Assembly (NCBI GenBank): GCA_031424135.1
Contig: JANPGT010000441.1
Span: 1 to 26,766, forward strand
Direction of reading: 5' to 3'
From: Chitinophagaceae bacterium
GTDB taxonomy: Bacteria; Bacteroidota; Bacteroidia; Chitinophagales; Chitinophagaceae
Length of the DNA: 26,766 nucleotides
Shown: piece after piece, positions 7,530 to 15,889 of the stretch
Layout of the letters: each line of letters starts with the position of its first letter
How positions within the stretch are numbered: the first letter of the stretch is position 1
Program-made: the position numbers and the translations under genes
Notes under the pieces: model-generated
The model's input: only the letters and a program-made list of their open reading frames with translations
What the model was told of the DNA's origin: nothing
Databases searched by the model: none

Positions 7530-9551
7530 TTAATACCCCATCAGCCTTTCCACCATCTCGCCCAGCCGGTCATTGGCCATAAAGTTTTTCTCCAGTTCGG
7601 TATTGAAGGGGATGGGCGTGTCCAGTGAGGCGCAGCGCATTACTGGTGCATCCAGGTAATCGAAACAATGCTCATTTATCCAGGCACTGATTTCTGCACC
7701 TATGCCACCGGTTAAACTGTCTTCGTGCAGCAATAATACCTTACCTGTATTTTTGACGGTGGCTTTTATAGCGTCATAATCCAACGGTAATAATGTACGC
7801 AGATCAAGTATAGTGATACTGACGTCTTCATTTTCTGCTGCATAGGCCGTTGCCCAATGTACGCCGGCGCCATAGGTGATAATGGACATATCATCTCCCT
7901 GCTGCACCAGCCTTGCCTTACCAATTTCAATTTCATAATAATCTTCCTGCACCGGCCCACTCACACTTCGGTACAAACCCTTGTGCTCAAAAAACAATAC
8001 AGGATTGGGATCATTAATGGCAGCTATCAGCAAACCCTTTGCATCCGCAGGTGTAGAAGGATACACCACTTTCAAGCCCGGCGTATGCACAAACCAGGCT
8101 TCATTGCTCTGGCTGTGAAAAGGCCCCGCACCCATACCGCCACCGGTAGGCATACGTATCACCACATCTGCATTTTGTGCCCAGCGGTAATGTATTTTAG
8201 CCAGGTTGTTTACTATCTGGTTGAAGCCTACGGTTACAAAATCGGCAAATTGCATTTCCATCATGCTCTTAAACCCTTCCAGGCTTAGCCCGAGCGCAGC
8301 ACCCACAATAGCACTTTCGCAAAGCGGTGTATTACGTACCCTTGCCTTGCCAAATTCTTCTACAAAACCTTCGGTTATTTTAAACGCGCCGCCGTACTCA
8401 GCAATGTCCTGCCCCATTAAAATTAAATTACTGTGCCGCTGCATAGATTGCTGCAGTCCCTGTTTGATGGCGTCCACGAAACGGATATTGTGAGTGGCGG
8501 GTGGGGATTGGGGATTGGGAAAGCGCGAACCCTGAGTGGTCGAAGATTGATGTTGCACGATGGCGGTCTGCCTGTCTGCGTACACATCGTCCAGTTCTTC
8601 TTCTGTATTTACCACCATGGGCGCTGCATCAAACCCAATCTTTAATTCTTCTTCTATATACTGCTTTATTTCTTCCTTTATAGCATCTGCATCTTCCGAG
8701 GTAATTACCTGCTGCAGGATAAGATCCAATTCAAAATTCTTTATAGGGTCTTTCAGCTCCCAACGGTTAAACATTTCTTTGGGAACGTATTTTGTACCAC
8801 TGGCTTCCTCATGCCCGCGCATGCGGAAGGTCATGCATTCAACTAAATAAGGCTTCTGCTCGCGGATGCAATATTCCCTTACACCCTTTACTGTATTGTA
8901 CACCGTCAGCAGGTCGTTGCCTTCTATCTGCACACCTTCCATACCATAGCCCTTTGCCTTGTCTACCAGGCTGGCGCAGCGGTACTGCTCATTCACGGGC
9001 GTACTTAAACCATAACCATTATTTTCTATAATAAAGATCACGGGCAAATCCCAAACTGCGGCTGTATTCAGGGCCTCGTGAAAATCACCTTCGCTTGTTC
9101 CGCCATCGCCGGTAAAAGCCAGCGATGCCTTATTTTCGTTTTTTAATTTGTAGGCCAGCGCTACGCCGTCGGCAATGGCCAGCTGGGGACCAAGGTGTGA
9201 GATCATACCACATATATAATCCTCCTTCGAGCCAAAATGAAAACTTCTTTCGCGGCCTTTGCTGTATCCTTCTTTACTACCCTGCCACTGCATAAATAAT
9301 TTGTGCAGGGGCATATGGCGGCTGGTAAATACACCCAGGTTACGGTGCAGCGGCATTATCCACTCATCCGGCTGCATGGCCAGCGTGGCGCCTACGCTAA
9401 TCGCTTCCTGCCCAATACCACTAAACCATTTGGAGATTTTGCCCTGCCGCAACAATACCAGCATTTTCTCTTCAATCATCCTGGGTAAAAGAATGCTTCT
9501 GTACAGTTGAACCAGTTCTTCCGCCGGCATTTTATATTTGTTAAAAGGCAT
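7530..9551 (-). CDS. Fused E1 alpha-beta subunit of a 2-oxoacid (probably branched-chain) dehydrogenase
   Basis: The alpha part has the TPP motif GDGGTSEGDFHEALN...ENNGY and RMRGHEEA. The beta part has MGQDIAEYGG, NTPLCESAIVG, EMQFADF, PFHSQS and DLRTL.PLD. Confidence 0.93.
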   Translation of the reverse strand: MPFNKYKMPAEELVQLYRSILLPRMIEEKMLVLLRQGKISKWFSGIGQEAISVGATLAMQPDEWIMPLHRNLGVFTSRHMPLHKLFMQWQGSKEGYSKGRERSFHFGSKEDYICGMISHLGPQLAIADGVALAYKLKNENKASLAFTGDGGTSEGDFHEALNTAAVWDLPVIFIIENNGYGLSTPVNEQYRCASLVDKAKGYGMEGVQIEGNDLLTVYNTVKGVREYCIREQKPYLVECMTFRMRGHEEASGTKYVPKEMFNRWELKDPIKNFELDLILQQVITSEDADAIKEEIKQYIEEELKIGFDAAPMVVNTEEELDDVYADRQTAIVQHQSSTTQGSRFPNPQSPPATHNIRFVDAIKQGLQQSMQRHSNLILMGQDIAEYGGAFKITEGFVEEFGKARVRNTPLCESAIVGAALGLSLEGFKSMMEMQFADFVTVGFNQIVNNLAKIHYRWAQNADVVIRMPTGGGMGAGPFHSQSNEAWFVHTPGLKVVYPSTPADAKGLLIAAINDPNPVLFFEHKGLYRSVSGPVQEDYYEIEIGKARLVQQGDDMSIITYGAGVHWATAYAAENEDVSITILDLRTLLPLDYDAIKATVKNTGKVLLLHEDSLTGGIGAEISAWINEHCFDYLDAPVMRCASLDTPIPFNTELEKNFMANDRLGEMVERLMGY

Positions 9552-9559
9552 ATGCGGTA

Positions 9560-9916
9560 TTACTTTTTCTTATAGTCCGGTTCAATAAAAATTTCCAGTA
9601 TATAGGTAAAAAAAGAAAGCAGTAAACTAAACAGCAACCCCCACCAGATAGAATCTACCCTGAAGCCGCTGACCAGTTTGCCTGCCAGCACAATAATGAC
9701 AGCGTTTACAATAAAAAGGAAGAGCCCAAGCGTAATAATGGTAATGGGCAGGGTGAGCAACACCAGTATTGGCTTCACAAAAAAATTAAGTACAGAAAGC
9801 ACCAGGGCTACAATTAATGCCGTACTGAACTCTTTTACTGCAACGCCCGGCAAGATATAAGAGGCCAATACTACCGCCGCAGCGGTGATAAGGATTTGAA
9901 TCAAAAAATTCTTCAT
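9560..9916 (-). CDS. Four-TM membrane protein of the YvlD / 'phage holin family 4' type
   Basis: 118 aa with four hydrophobic segments. The LN.FVKPIL..LTLPITI.TLGLF.F.VNA signature is present. Confidence 0.85.
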   Translation of the reverse strand: MKNFLIQILITAAAVVLASYILPGVAVKEFSTALIVALVLSVLNFFVKPILVLLTLPITIITLGLFLFIVNAVIIVLAGKLVSGFRVDSIWWGLLFSLLLSFFTYILEIFIEPDYKKK

Positions 9917-9935
9917 GACGTTTATATTACTACCG

Positions 9936-11213
9936 TCAAATTACAACTAATTCATAAAAGTCTCCGGGTACAAAATATTTATTGGCCAGTTCCTGCAGTT
10001 CTCTGGCTGAAACAGATTTAATGGCCGCTACGGCATCATAAAAATAAGTATCGGGTAAGCCATTCAAAACAATATTCTTCCATTTGCCGATGATATGAAA
10101 AGGGCCATCCAGGTCGCCCAGCGTAGACCCCAGCATATAGTTTTTTACCAGCAGCAGTTCGTCCGCTTTTACCGGCTCATTGCGCAGGATCTCCATTTCT
10201 TTGTACACTTCCTGTATGGTGGCCTCACAAACATCCCGGCCAGCCTCTGTACTTACCATCCAGGCGCTGTCGTGCAGGTGATTTTGAATATAACTGTGGA
10301 TGCCGTATGTATAGCCTTTGTCTTCCCTGATATTGCTCATTAAACGCGATCCAAAGAAACCACCAAACACGTTGTTCAGCACAGTGGCTTTTGTAAAATC
10401 GGTGTGGTGGCGGGTAGGGAAAGGTCTTGCCATGCGGATGGAGCCCTGTACGCCATTGCTATCATTGCTGATACGGTATTTCTTTTGCGCCGCCGCGTTG
10501 ATGGGGTGCGTTACCGCCGCTGCCGAATTGGGAATAGACAGGTGCCCGAAATTTTTATTCAGCTGCGCTGCTATGTCTTTCGGCAGTTTACCCGCAATAA
10601 AAATAATATACTTACTCTGCTGGTAATAGGTATGATAAAAAGATTGCAATTGCTGCCGGTTCAATGCATCATACGCTTCCGGCGTGCTGTACCTGCCATA
10701 CGGATGATCGAAGCCGTATACATATTCATCTATGAGGCGGCCGGCCACAAATTCACTCTTCTTCAGGCTGACCGACAGTCTTTGCTTATTGTTCTGTTTA
10801 AACAACTGCAGTTCATCTTCCCGGAAAACAGTATCTGTGATGAGTTCATTAATTACCGGCAGCAGGTCTGCCGTGTGTTTATTTAAGCAATGCAATGAAA
10901 GCGTAGCCGTTTCATTGTACGCCGCCCGGTTAAGATAGGCGCCGTAATATTCAAAATGCTCGTTTATTTCAAAGGCTGTTTTTTTTGAGGTACCGTTTTT
11001 TAAAAGATAGTTGGTGGCAGACGCTACCAGGTTCTGTTCTTCGTACCAGTTACCGGCAAAAAACACCCATTCCATCTGCAGCACTTCTTCTGCACCCGCA
11101 TCAATGGCATACACTTCTATACCGTTATCCAGCGCAAATTTGGTATAGGGCTTCAGCTGTAAACTGAAATCAATGGCGTCTTTTATAGGAGGAGCAATGG
11201 TTCTGTTGAGCAT
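9936..11213 (-). CDS. M16 (insulinase/pitrilysin-like) peptidase, partner subunit lacking HxxEH
   Basis: M16 C-terminal signature NNVFGGFFGSRLMSNIREDKGYTYGI, with no HxxEH motif. I moved the start to the ATG at 11213 (MLNRT) because the ORF-track extension runs through a repeat arm. Confidence 0.88.
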   Translation of the reverse strand: MLNRTIAPPIKDAIDFSLQLKPYTKFALDNGIEVYAIDAGAEEVLQMEWVFFAGNWYEEQNLVASATNYLLKNGTSKKTAFEINEHFEYYGAYLNRAAYNETATLSLHCLNKHTADLLPVINELITDTVFREDELQLFKQNNKQRLSVSLKKSEFVAGRLIDEYVYGFDHPYGRYSTPEAYDALNRQQLQSFYHTYYQQSKYIIFIAGKLPKDIAAQLNKNFGHLSIPNSAAAVTHPINAAAQKKYRISNDSNGVQGSIRMARPFPTRHHTDFTKATVLNNVFGGFFGSRLMSNIREDKGYTYGIHSYIQNHLHDSAWMVSTEAGRDVCEATIQEVYKEMEILRNEPVKADELLLVKNYMLGSTLGDLDGPFHIIGKWKNIVLNGLPDTYFYDAVAAIKSVSARELQELANKYFVPGDFYELVVI

Positions 11214-11227
11214 AGTATTAATTTTTT

Positions 11228-11404
11228 GCCGCTGATGCGCAGATCTTTTTTGCAAGGCTTTCAGCTACTTATTTAGCAGCCGCTTTACTATTCATTTCCG
11301 GTTTAAATAAAACATATCGTAAACATGCTGGTCTTCACTGTACGAAAGACGTATTTCAAAATATTCAGCAGAAAGCTGTCTTTAGCCCTTAATCTGCGGA
11401 CAGC
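11228..11404. repeat. Degenerate CGCAGAT inverted-repeat pair bracketing the spacer between the M16 genes
   Basis: GCCGCTGATGCGCAGAT at 11228-11244 and AATCTGCGGACAGC at 11391-11404 face each other, as in the 4098-4249 element. Confidence 0.55.
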
Positions 11405-11417
11405 ATGCGTGTGTGGC

Positions 11418-12668
11418 TTAAGTGGCAGGCATTTCTTCCGCATAATAGTACAGCGTATTGCAGTTATTGGTATCAAAAATCTGCTGCGCATACCGGCGTA
11501 TGTCTTCCCTTGTAATGGAATGGTATTTTGTTAACTCTTCGTTGATGAGACCTGCATTGCCCAGTAACTCATAGTTGGCCAGGCTGCTGGCCCGGCTCAT
11601 TACACTCATGTCTTCAAAAGCCAGCGAAGCTTCTGTTTTATTCTTTACTTTCTGCAGCTCTTTTTCTTCTATCAGGTGCTGCTTTATTTTCTCCACCTCA
11701 GCTTCTACGGCCCTGTCGGCATCTTCCATTTTTACGCCTTTTACCAGCTTGCCTTCAATGGTAAGCAACCCGGTATCTTCACTCCCAAAATGGTAACATT
11801 CAATATTACTGAACAGCTGCTGTTCTTTCACCAGCGCCTGGTAGAGCCTGGAAGAACCGCCACCACTAAGGATATCCGTTATCAGCTCCGCTGCATAATA
11901 GCCATCGTGCAGCCGCGCGTCCATATGCCAGCACTTGTAGAGTGCATCCAGCGGCACATTGGCTTTTACCACCGCTTTACGGGGGGCCGTTTGTTTTGGC
12001 TCAGCAGGTAATTGCCGCACATATTTCTTACCCGCCGGTATATCGCCAAACCATTTTTCCGCCAGGGCCTTTACCTGTGCGGTACTGGTGTTACCGGCTA
12101 CTACCAGTATGGCATTAGAGGGACAGTAATGTTTGAAGAAAAACTTTTTTACATCGGTAATGGTAGCCTTCTCTATATGGCTAAGCTCTTTACCAATGGT
12201 TTGCCAGCGGTAAGGATGCACGGTATAAGCCAGCTCGCGCATTTTAAACCATACATCGCCGTAAGGCTTATTAATGTAATGCTCTTTAAACTCTTCCATT
12301 ACCACCTTGCGCTGCACTTCCAGGCTTTTTTTGCTGAACGCCAGGCCTACCATGCGGTCGCTCTCCAGCCAGAAAGCCGTTTCAATATTTTCTGCCGGCA
12401 GCTGGCAATAGTAGTTGGTAAGATCATTGGTAGTATAGGCATTGTTTTCCCCACCGGCCACCTGCAATGGCTCATCGTAAGAAGGAATATGGATACTGCC
12501 ACCAAACATCAGGTGCTCAAACAAATGGGCAAAACCCGTTTTGCCGGGGTCTTCATCGCGGGCGCCCACATCGTACATCACATTTACCACCGCCATTGGG
12601 GTAGAACTATCTTCGTGCACCAGCACCCTTAACCCATTGGCCAGGGTAAACTTATCAAATTGAATCAT
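11418..12668 (-). CDS. M16 zinc peptidase, catalytic subunit
   Basis: Inverted zinc motif GFAHLFEHLMF (HxxEH), NAYTTND.T.Y, LESDRM, and ILSGG.SSRL. The start is taken as the ATG at 12668 (MIQFDKFTL.NGL). Confidence 0.93.
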   Translation of the reverse strand: MIQFDKFTLANGLRVLVHEDSSTPMAVVNVMYDVGARDEDPGKTGFAHLFEHLMFGGSIHIPSYDEPLQVAGGENNAYTTNDLTNYYCQLPAENIETAFWLESDRMVGLAFSKKSLEVQRKVVMEEFKEHYINKPYGDVWFKMRELAYTVHPYRWQTIGKELSHIEKATITDVKKFFFKHYCPSNAILVVAGNTSTAQVKALAEKWFGDIPAGKKYVRQLPAEPKQTAPRKAVVKANVPLDALYKCWHMDARLHDGYYAAELITDILSGGGSSRLYQALVKEQQLFSNIECYHFGSEDTGLLTIEGKLVKGVKMEDADRAVEAEVEKIKQHLIEEKELQKVKNKTEASLAFEDMSVMSRASSLANYELLGNAGLINEELTKYHSITREDIRRYAQQIFDTNNCNTLYYYAEEMPAT

Positions 12669-12855
12669 AGTTGCTGTTAAAAGAAGCGGCAAGTTACAAA
12701 CTCAGCAATAAATGCCGCCAGATAAGTATGCATTTAAATTGCCGCAGCATTTTCCGCTCTCCCACTGTATTGCAGAACGGATTTAAAGGCCGGGCCGAAC
12801 AACTTCATCAGGACGGGGGGTGAGAAAAAAAAGAAAGGGGCAGTTTTTCATGCCG

Positions 12856-14058
12856 TCACACAATACTTTTTACTTTAAGGATCAGCATCAGGGGCTGTCC
12901 GTTGCGGTAGACCAGTACTTTTACCTTTTCGCCCGGGGACTGCAGGGCGGTTTTGTACACCTGTATGTTTTTACTGAAGTTGTTGTTCACCGCCATAATA
13001 ATATCGTCTGCCAGAAAACCAGCTTTCTCTGCAGGGGAATCCTTCATTACATCGGTAATCACTATTTCGTTGTTTACCAGGTAAAAATTCAACCCCGTAT
13101 AAGAGTAGTCAAAAAGATCACGGAAATGCGAATTGGGTGTGATATAGATATCCCTTTTTTCGTAGTTGAGAATAACATTGAAGCGGCGCAAAAGATCGTT
13201 GCCAATTAAGCCGCCAAGATAGGGGTAGGAAGTAACATTAAATTCATCGTCAAAAATATAGGCTGGCACCTTTTTAAACCGGTAGGGCCCCAGCCGGAAG
13301 TTTTTTACAGTAGTGAGTTCCATCTGCTTTTTACCGCCCAATCCCTCTACCTGAGTAGCCACTTTCTTTCTTTTGGGGCTGAACAGGGTGCTGTCTTCCA
13401 CAAAATCCTTAGATAGCAACAGACAAAGTCCTGCGCCGGTATCAAAATAGAACCGCGCCATCCGCTCTTCTGCATCAGTAATTCTTGCAGACTGTATCAG
13501 CAGATTTACCAGCAGCGGTTTCAGCAGAAACCCACCCCGCGGGTATTTCATAGAGCCTCTTGAATACACATGAATCCGGGAGCTGTCGTAATTAATTTTA
13601 ACGATATAACGGTTAAAAAAACTGTATCCAATAATACCGTCGATATGTTCACCGTACACACTGGTCAGAATATCATAATCGTTGATGTGAAAATTCAGGC
13701 TGTCTACCCGGAGACCCGGCAACACCAGTGTATTGTTATAAGTGAAATTTACTTTGCGGATGCCGGCAATGCCCCGGATGGTTTTGTCCGACGCCTGGTT
13801 GGGCAATTGTAAATGGCTCACGGTCTGCGAATCGAGCGAAATGCCGCCACTACCTGTATCAAGAATAAAATTGAGGGAATCTTTGCTGTTGTTCAGCGTG
13901 GCTTTAACAAGTATTACCCCGCCGCTGAACTGCCGGAAAGGAAAACTGGTTAAAAGTTTGGCCGCTGGCTGAACAAATTCTTCCTGGGCCTGTATGGTGC
14001 AGGAGAAGAATAAGGTAGCCAGCAGTTGTAGCAATATCAGGCAATCGTTGCGTCGCAC
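12856..14058 (-). CDS. Secreted aspartyl protease with two DTG motifs and a C-terminal PDZ domain
   Basis: GTG start and signal-like N-terminus, FILDTGSG and FYFDTGAG, GIIG and GLIG flap motifs, and PDZ-like VMKDSPAEKAGF..DDII.AVN. Confidence 0.88.
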   Translation of the reverse strand: MRRNDCLILLQLLATLFFSCTIQAQEEFVQPAAKLLTSFPFRQFSGGVILVKATLNNSKDSLNFILDTGSGGISLDSQTVSHLQLPNQASDKTIRGIAGIRKVNFTYNNTLVLPGLRVDSLNFHINDYDILTSVYGEHIDGIIGYSFFNRYIVKINYDSSRIHVYSRGSMKYPRGGFLLKPLLVNLLIQSARITDAEERMARFYFDTGAGLCLLLSKDFVEDSTLFSPKRKKVATQVEGLGGKKQMELTTVKNFRLGPYRFKKVPAYIFDDEFNVTSYPYLGGLIGNDLLRRFNVILNYEKRDIYITPNSHFRDLFDYSYTGLNFYLVNNEIVITDVMKDSPAEKAGFLADDIIMAVNNNFSKNIQVYKTALQSPGEKVKVLVYRNGQPLMLILKVKSIV

Positions 14059-14280
14059 AATTGAGCAGTTTGTAGGTAATTGATCAGGGACTGTTTACCG
14101 TTGGCAATTAGGCCATTACCAATGGCCTCCCCAAGTTACAACAAGCGCAACAATAAACACCTGCCGCTGGTGTATTTAATGAAAATGCATTTTTACAACG
14201 CGGGCCGTAATGCCGGTTTATTTATCCAGCCCGGCATCCAAACCCGCTGAACCAGCTTATTTTTATAAAAAAAATCCACC

Positions 14281-15762
14281 ATGCTATACCGTTTACCCCT
14301 GTTCCTTACCCTGGCCTTTTTGCTGGCAGCCGGCTCTGCTATGAGCCAACTGCAACCACCACCGCCTGGCCTGGCTGCCATTAAAGAGCAAGACCTGAAA
14401 AAAGACCTCTACCTGCTGGCGGGCGATCATTTCCGCGGCCGCGAAGCAGGCACTTTAGACGAACTGAAAGCGGCCGCCTGGTGGGCGGATATATTAAAGA
14501 ATGAAGGCCTGCAACCGGCCGGCGATGATGGCAGCTATTTCCAGTATTTTTCTATGTGGCGCAACCGTATTGCCTCCACCAGCACCGTTAGTATCGGTGA
14601 CCATCACCTGCAAATCTGGCAGGATGTACTGGTAGCACAAACGGCTCCCGCAAACATCACTGCTCCGCTGGTATTTGCCGGCGATGCTTCCAAAGAAACG
14701 CTGGACAAGCTTGACCTGAAAGGAAAAGCTGTTGCAGTGACGGTTTCGGCAGCAAGTGTTAACCTGAACGTATCGCTGCCCGACCGGCGCTACCCTGCAT
14801 TAATCATGCGCAAATACAGCGCAGATTTGCTGGAACGCGGGGCCGCTGCCATTGTTTTTATTGCCGATGAACTGGGCGAAAAAAGCTGGTCCCAGGTGCT
14901 GCCCGCCCTCAGCCGTGGCTTATACGATATAGAAGGCGGTCCCAATGCTGCCACCAGCAGCAAAGTTCCTGTGCTGTGGATACATGCCAAAGATGCTGAC
15001 TGGGTAAAAAGCGGTGCGCAGCTAAGCGTACAGCTGGCCATAGAAAGATTTGAATATCCTTCGGTAAATATTGTTGCAAAGCTGGAAGGAAGGGATCCGG
15101 TATTGAAAAATGAATATGTGCTCTACAGCGGGCACAATGATCACGATGGGGTGAGACAGCCTTACGGCAACGATTCCATTTACAATGGTGCAGATGACAA
15201 CGCTTCTGTATCGGTGGCCATGCTGGCCATTGCACGGGCTTTTAAAAAATCGCCGGGCAAAAGATCAATCCTGTTTGTTTTTCACGGCGCAGAAGAAAGG
15301 GGCTTATTGGGTTCTAAATGGTATGCCAACCACCCCACCGTACCCAAAGCAAGCGTGGTAGCAGTATTAAACGGAGATATGATTGGCCGTAACCAGCCCG
15401 ACAGCGCGGCACTGCTGGGCGCACAGCCACCCCACAGAAACTCAGCTGCCCTGGTAGCCATTGCCCTGCAGGCCAATAAAGAAGGCCCTGCTTTTAAGCT
15501 GGATACTTTATGGGACAAGCCCGCGCACATAGAGAACTGGTATTTCCGAAGTGATCACCTGTCTTATGCCCGCGCCGGCTATCCCGCTGTTTTCTACAGC
15601 ACTTTATTGCACCCCATTTACCATACCCCCATGGACGAACCAGCCATGATCGATATCAAAAAATTGAAAAAGATGACGGATTGGATGTACCGTACCGGCT
15701 GGATACTGGCCAATGCCAAAGAAAGGCCGGGGGTGGATGCAGGGTTTAAGCTGGAACGATAA
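14281..15762 (+). CDS. M28-family zinc aminopeptidase with a PA-like insertion
   Basis: Signal peptide, SGHNDH, GADDNAS, AEERG, LNGDM, RSDH and YHTPMD. Confidence 0.92.
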   Translation: MLYRLPLFLTLAFLLAAGSAMSQLQPPPPGLAAIKEQDLKKDLYLLAGDHFRGREAGTLDELKAAAWWADILKNEGLQPAGDDGSYFQYFSMWRNRIASTSTVSIGDHHLQIWQDVLVAQTAPANITAPLVFAGDASKETLDKLDLKGKAVAVTVSAASVNLNVSLPDRRYPALIMRKYSADLLERGAAAIVFIADELGEKSWSQVLPALSRGLYDIEGGPNAATSSKVPVLWIHAKDADWVKSGAQLSVQLAIERFEYPSVNIVAKLEGRDPVLKNEYVLYSGHNDHDGVRQPYGNDSIYNGADDNASVSVAMLAIARAFKKSPGKRSILFVFHGAEERGLLGSKWYANHPTVPKASVVAVLNGDMIGRNQPDSAALLGAQPPHRNSAALVAIALQANKEGPAFKLDTLWDKPAHIENWYFRSDHLSYARAGYPAVFYSTLLHPIYHTPMDEPAMIDIKKLKKMTDWMYRTGWILANAKERPGVDAGFKLER

Positions 15763-15771
15763 GAACAGTGT

Positions 15772-15842
15772 ATAGTTCTTAGTTCGAAAGTTCATAGTCA
15801 ATTGTCCCGCACAGGCAACTTAGAACTGCGAACTATGAACTT
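15772..15842. repeat. Inverted array of AGTTCNN heptamers
   Basis: Left arm TAGTTCTT AGTTCGAA AGTTCAT AGT; right arm AACTTAG AACTGCG AACTATG AACTT. The AAGTTCATAGT / ACTATGAACTT pair is a perfect inverted match. Confidence 0.75.
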
Positions 15843-15859
15843 ATTTAACTTTCCTGGCC

Positions 15860-15867
15860 TACTTTTG
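15860..15867 (+). promoter_or_regulatory. Putative -7 promoter element (TACTTTTG) for mqnC
   Basis: Exact TAnnTTTG match 22 nt upstream of the ATG at 15890. Confidence 0.6.
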
Positions 15868-15889
15868 TTATCTGATCAACAAGTTATTT

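Noticed and set aside
9560-9916. The holin-family gene as evidence of a prophage
   Set aside because: There is no endolysin, integrase or structural gene nearby. It is embedded among housekeeping genes, and the family is common outside phages.
11214-11255. N-terminal extension MQKRSAHQRQKINT of the second M16 gene, and similarly 12669-12692 for the first
   Set aside because: The first extension reads through a repeat arm. The second depends on a TTG inside a probable promoter region. The downstream ATGs give family-typical starts.
4098-11404. The recurring CGCAGAT repeats as a CRISPR array
   Set aside because: The copies are kilobases apart, partly inverted and only 17-18 nt long. There are no regular spacers or cas genes.
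12012-12632. 206-aa + strand ORF, also 12820-13209, 16520-17017 and 21073-21597
   Set aside because: All are antisense to confidently assigned genes and lack independent motifs.
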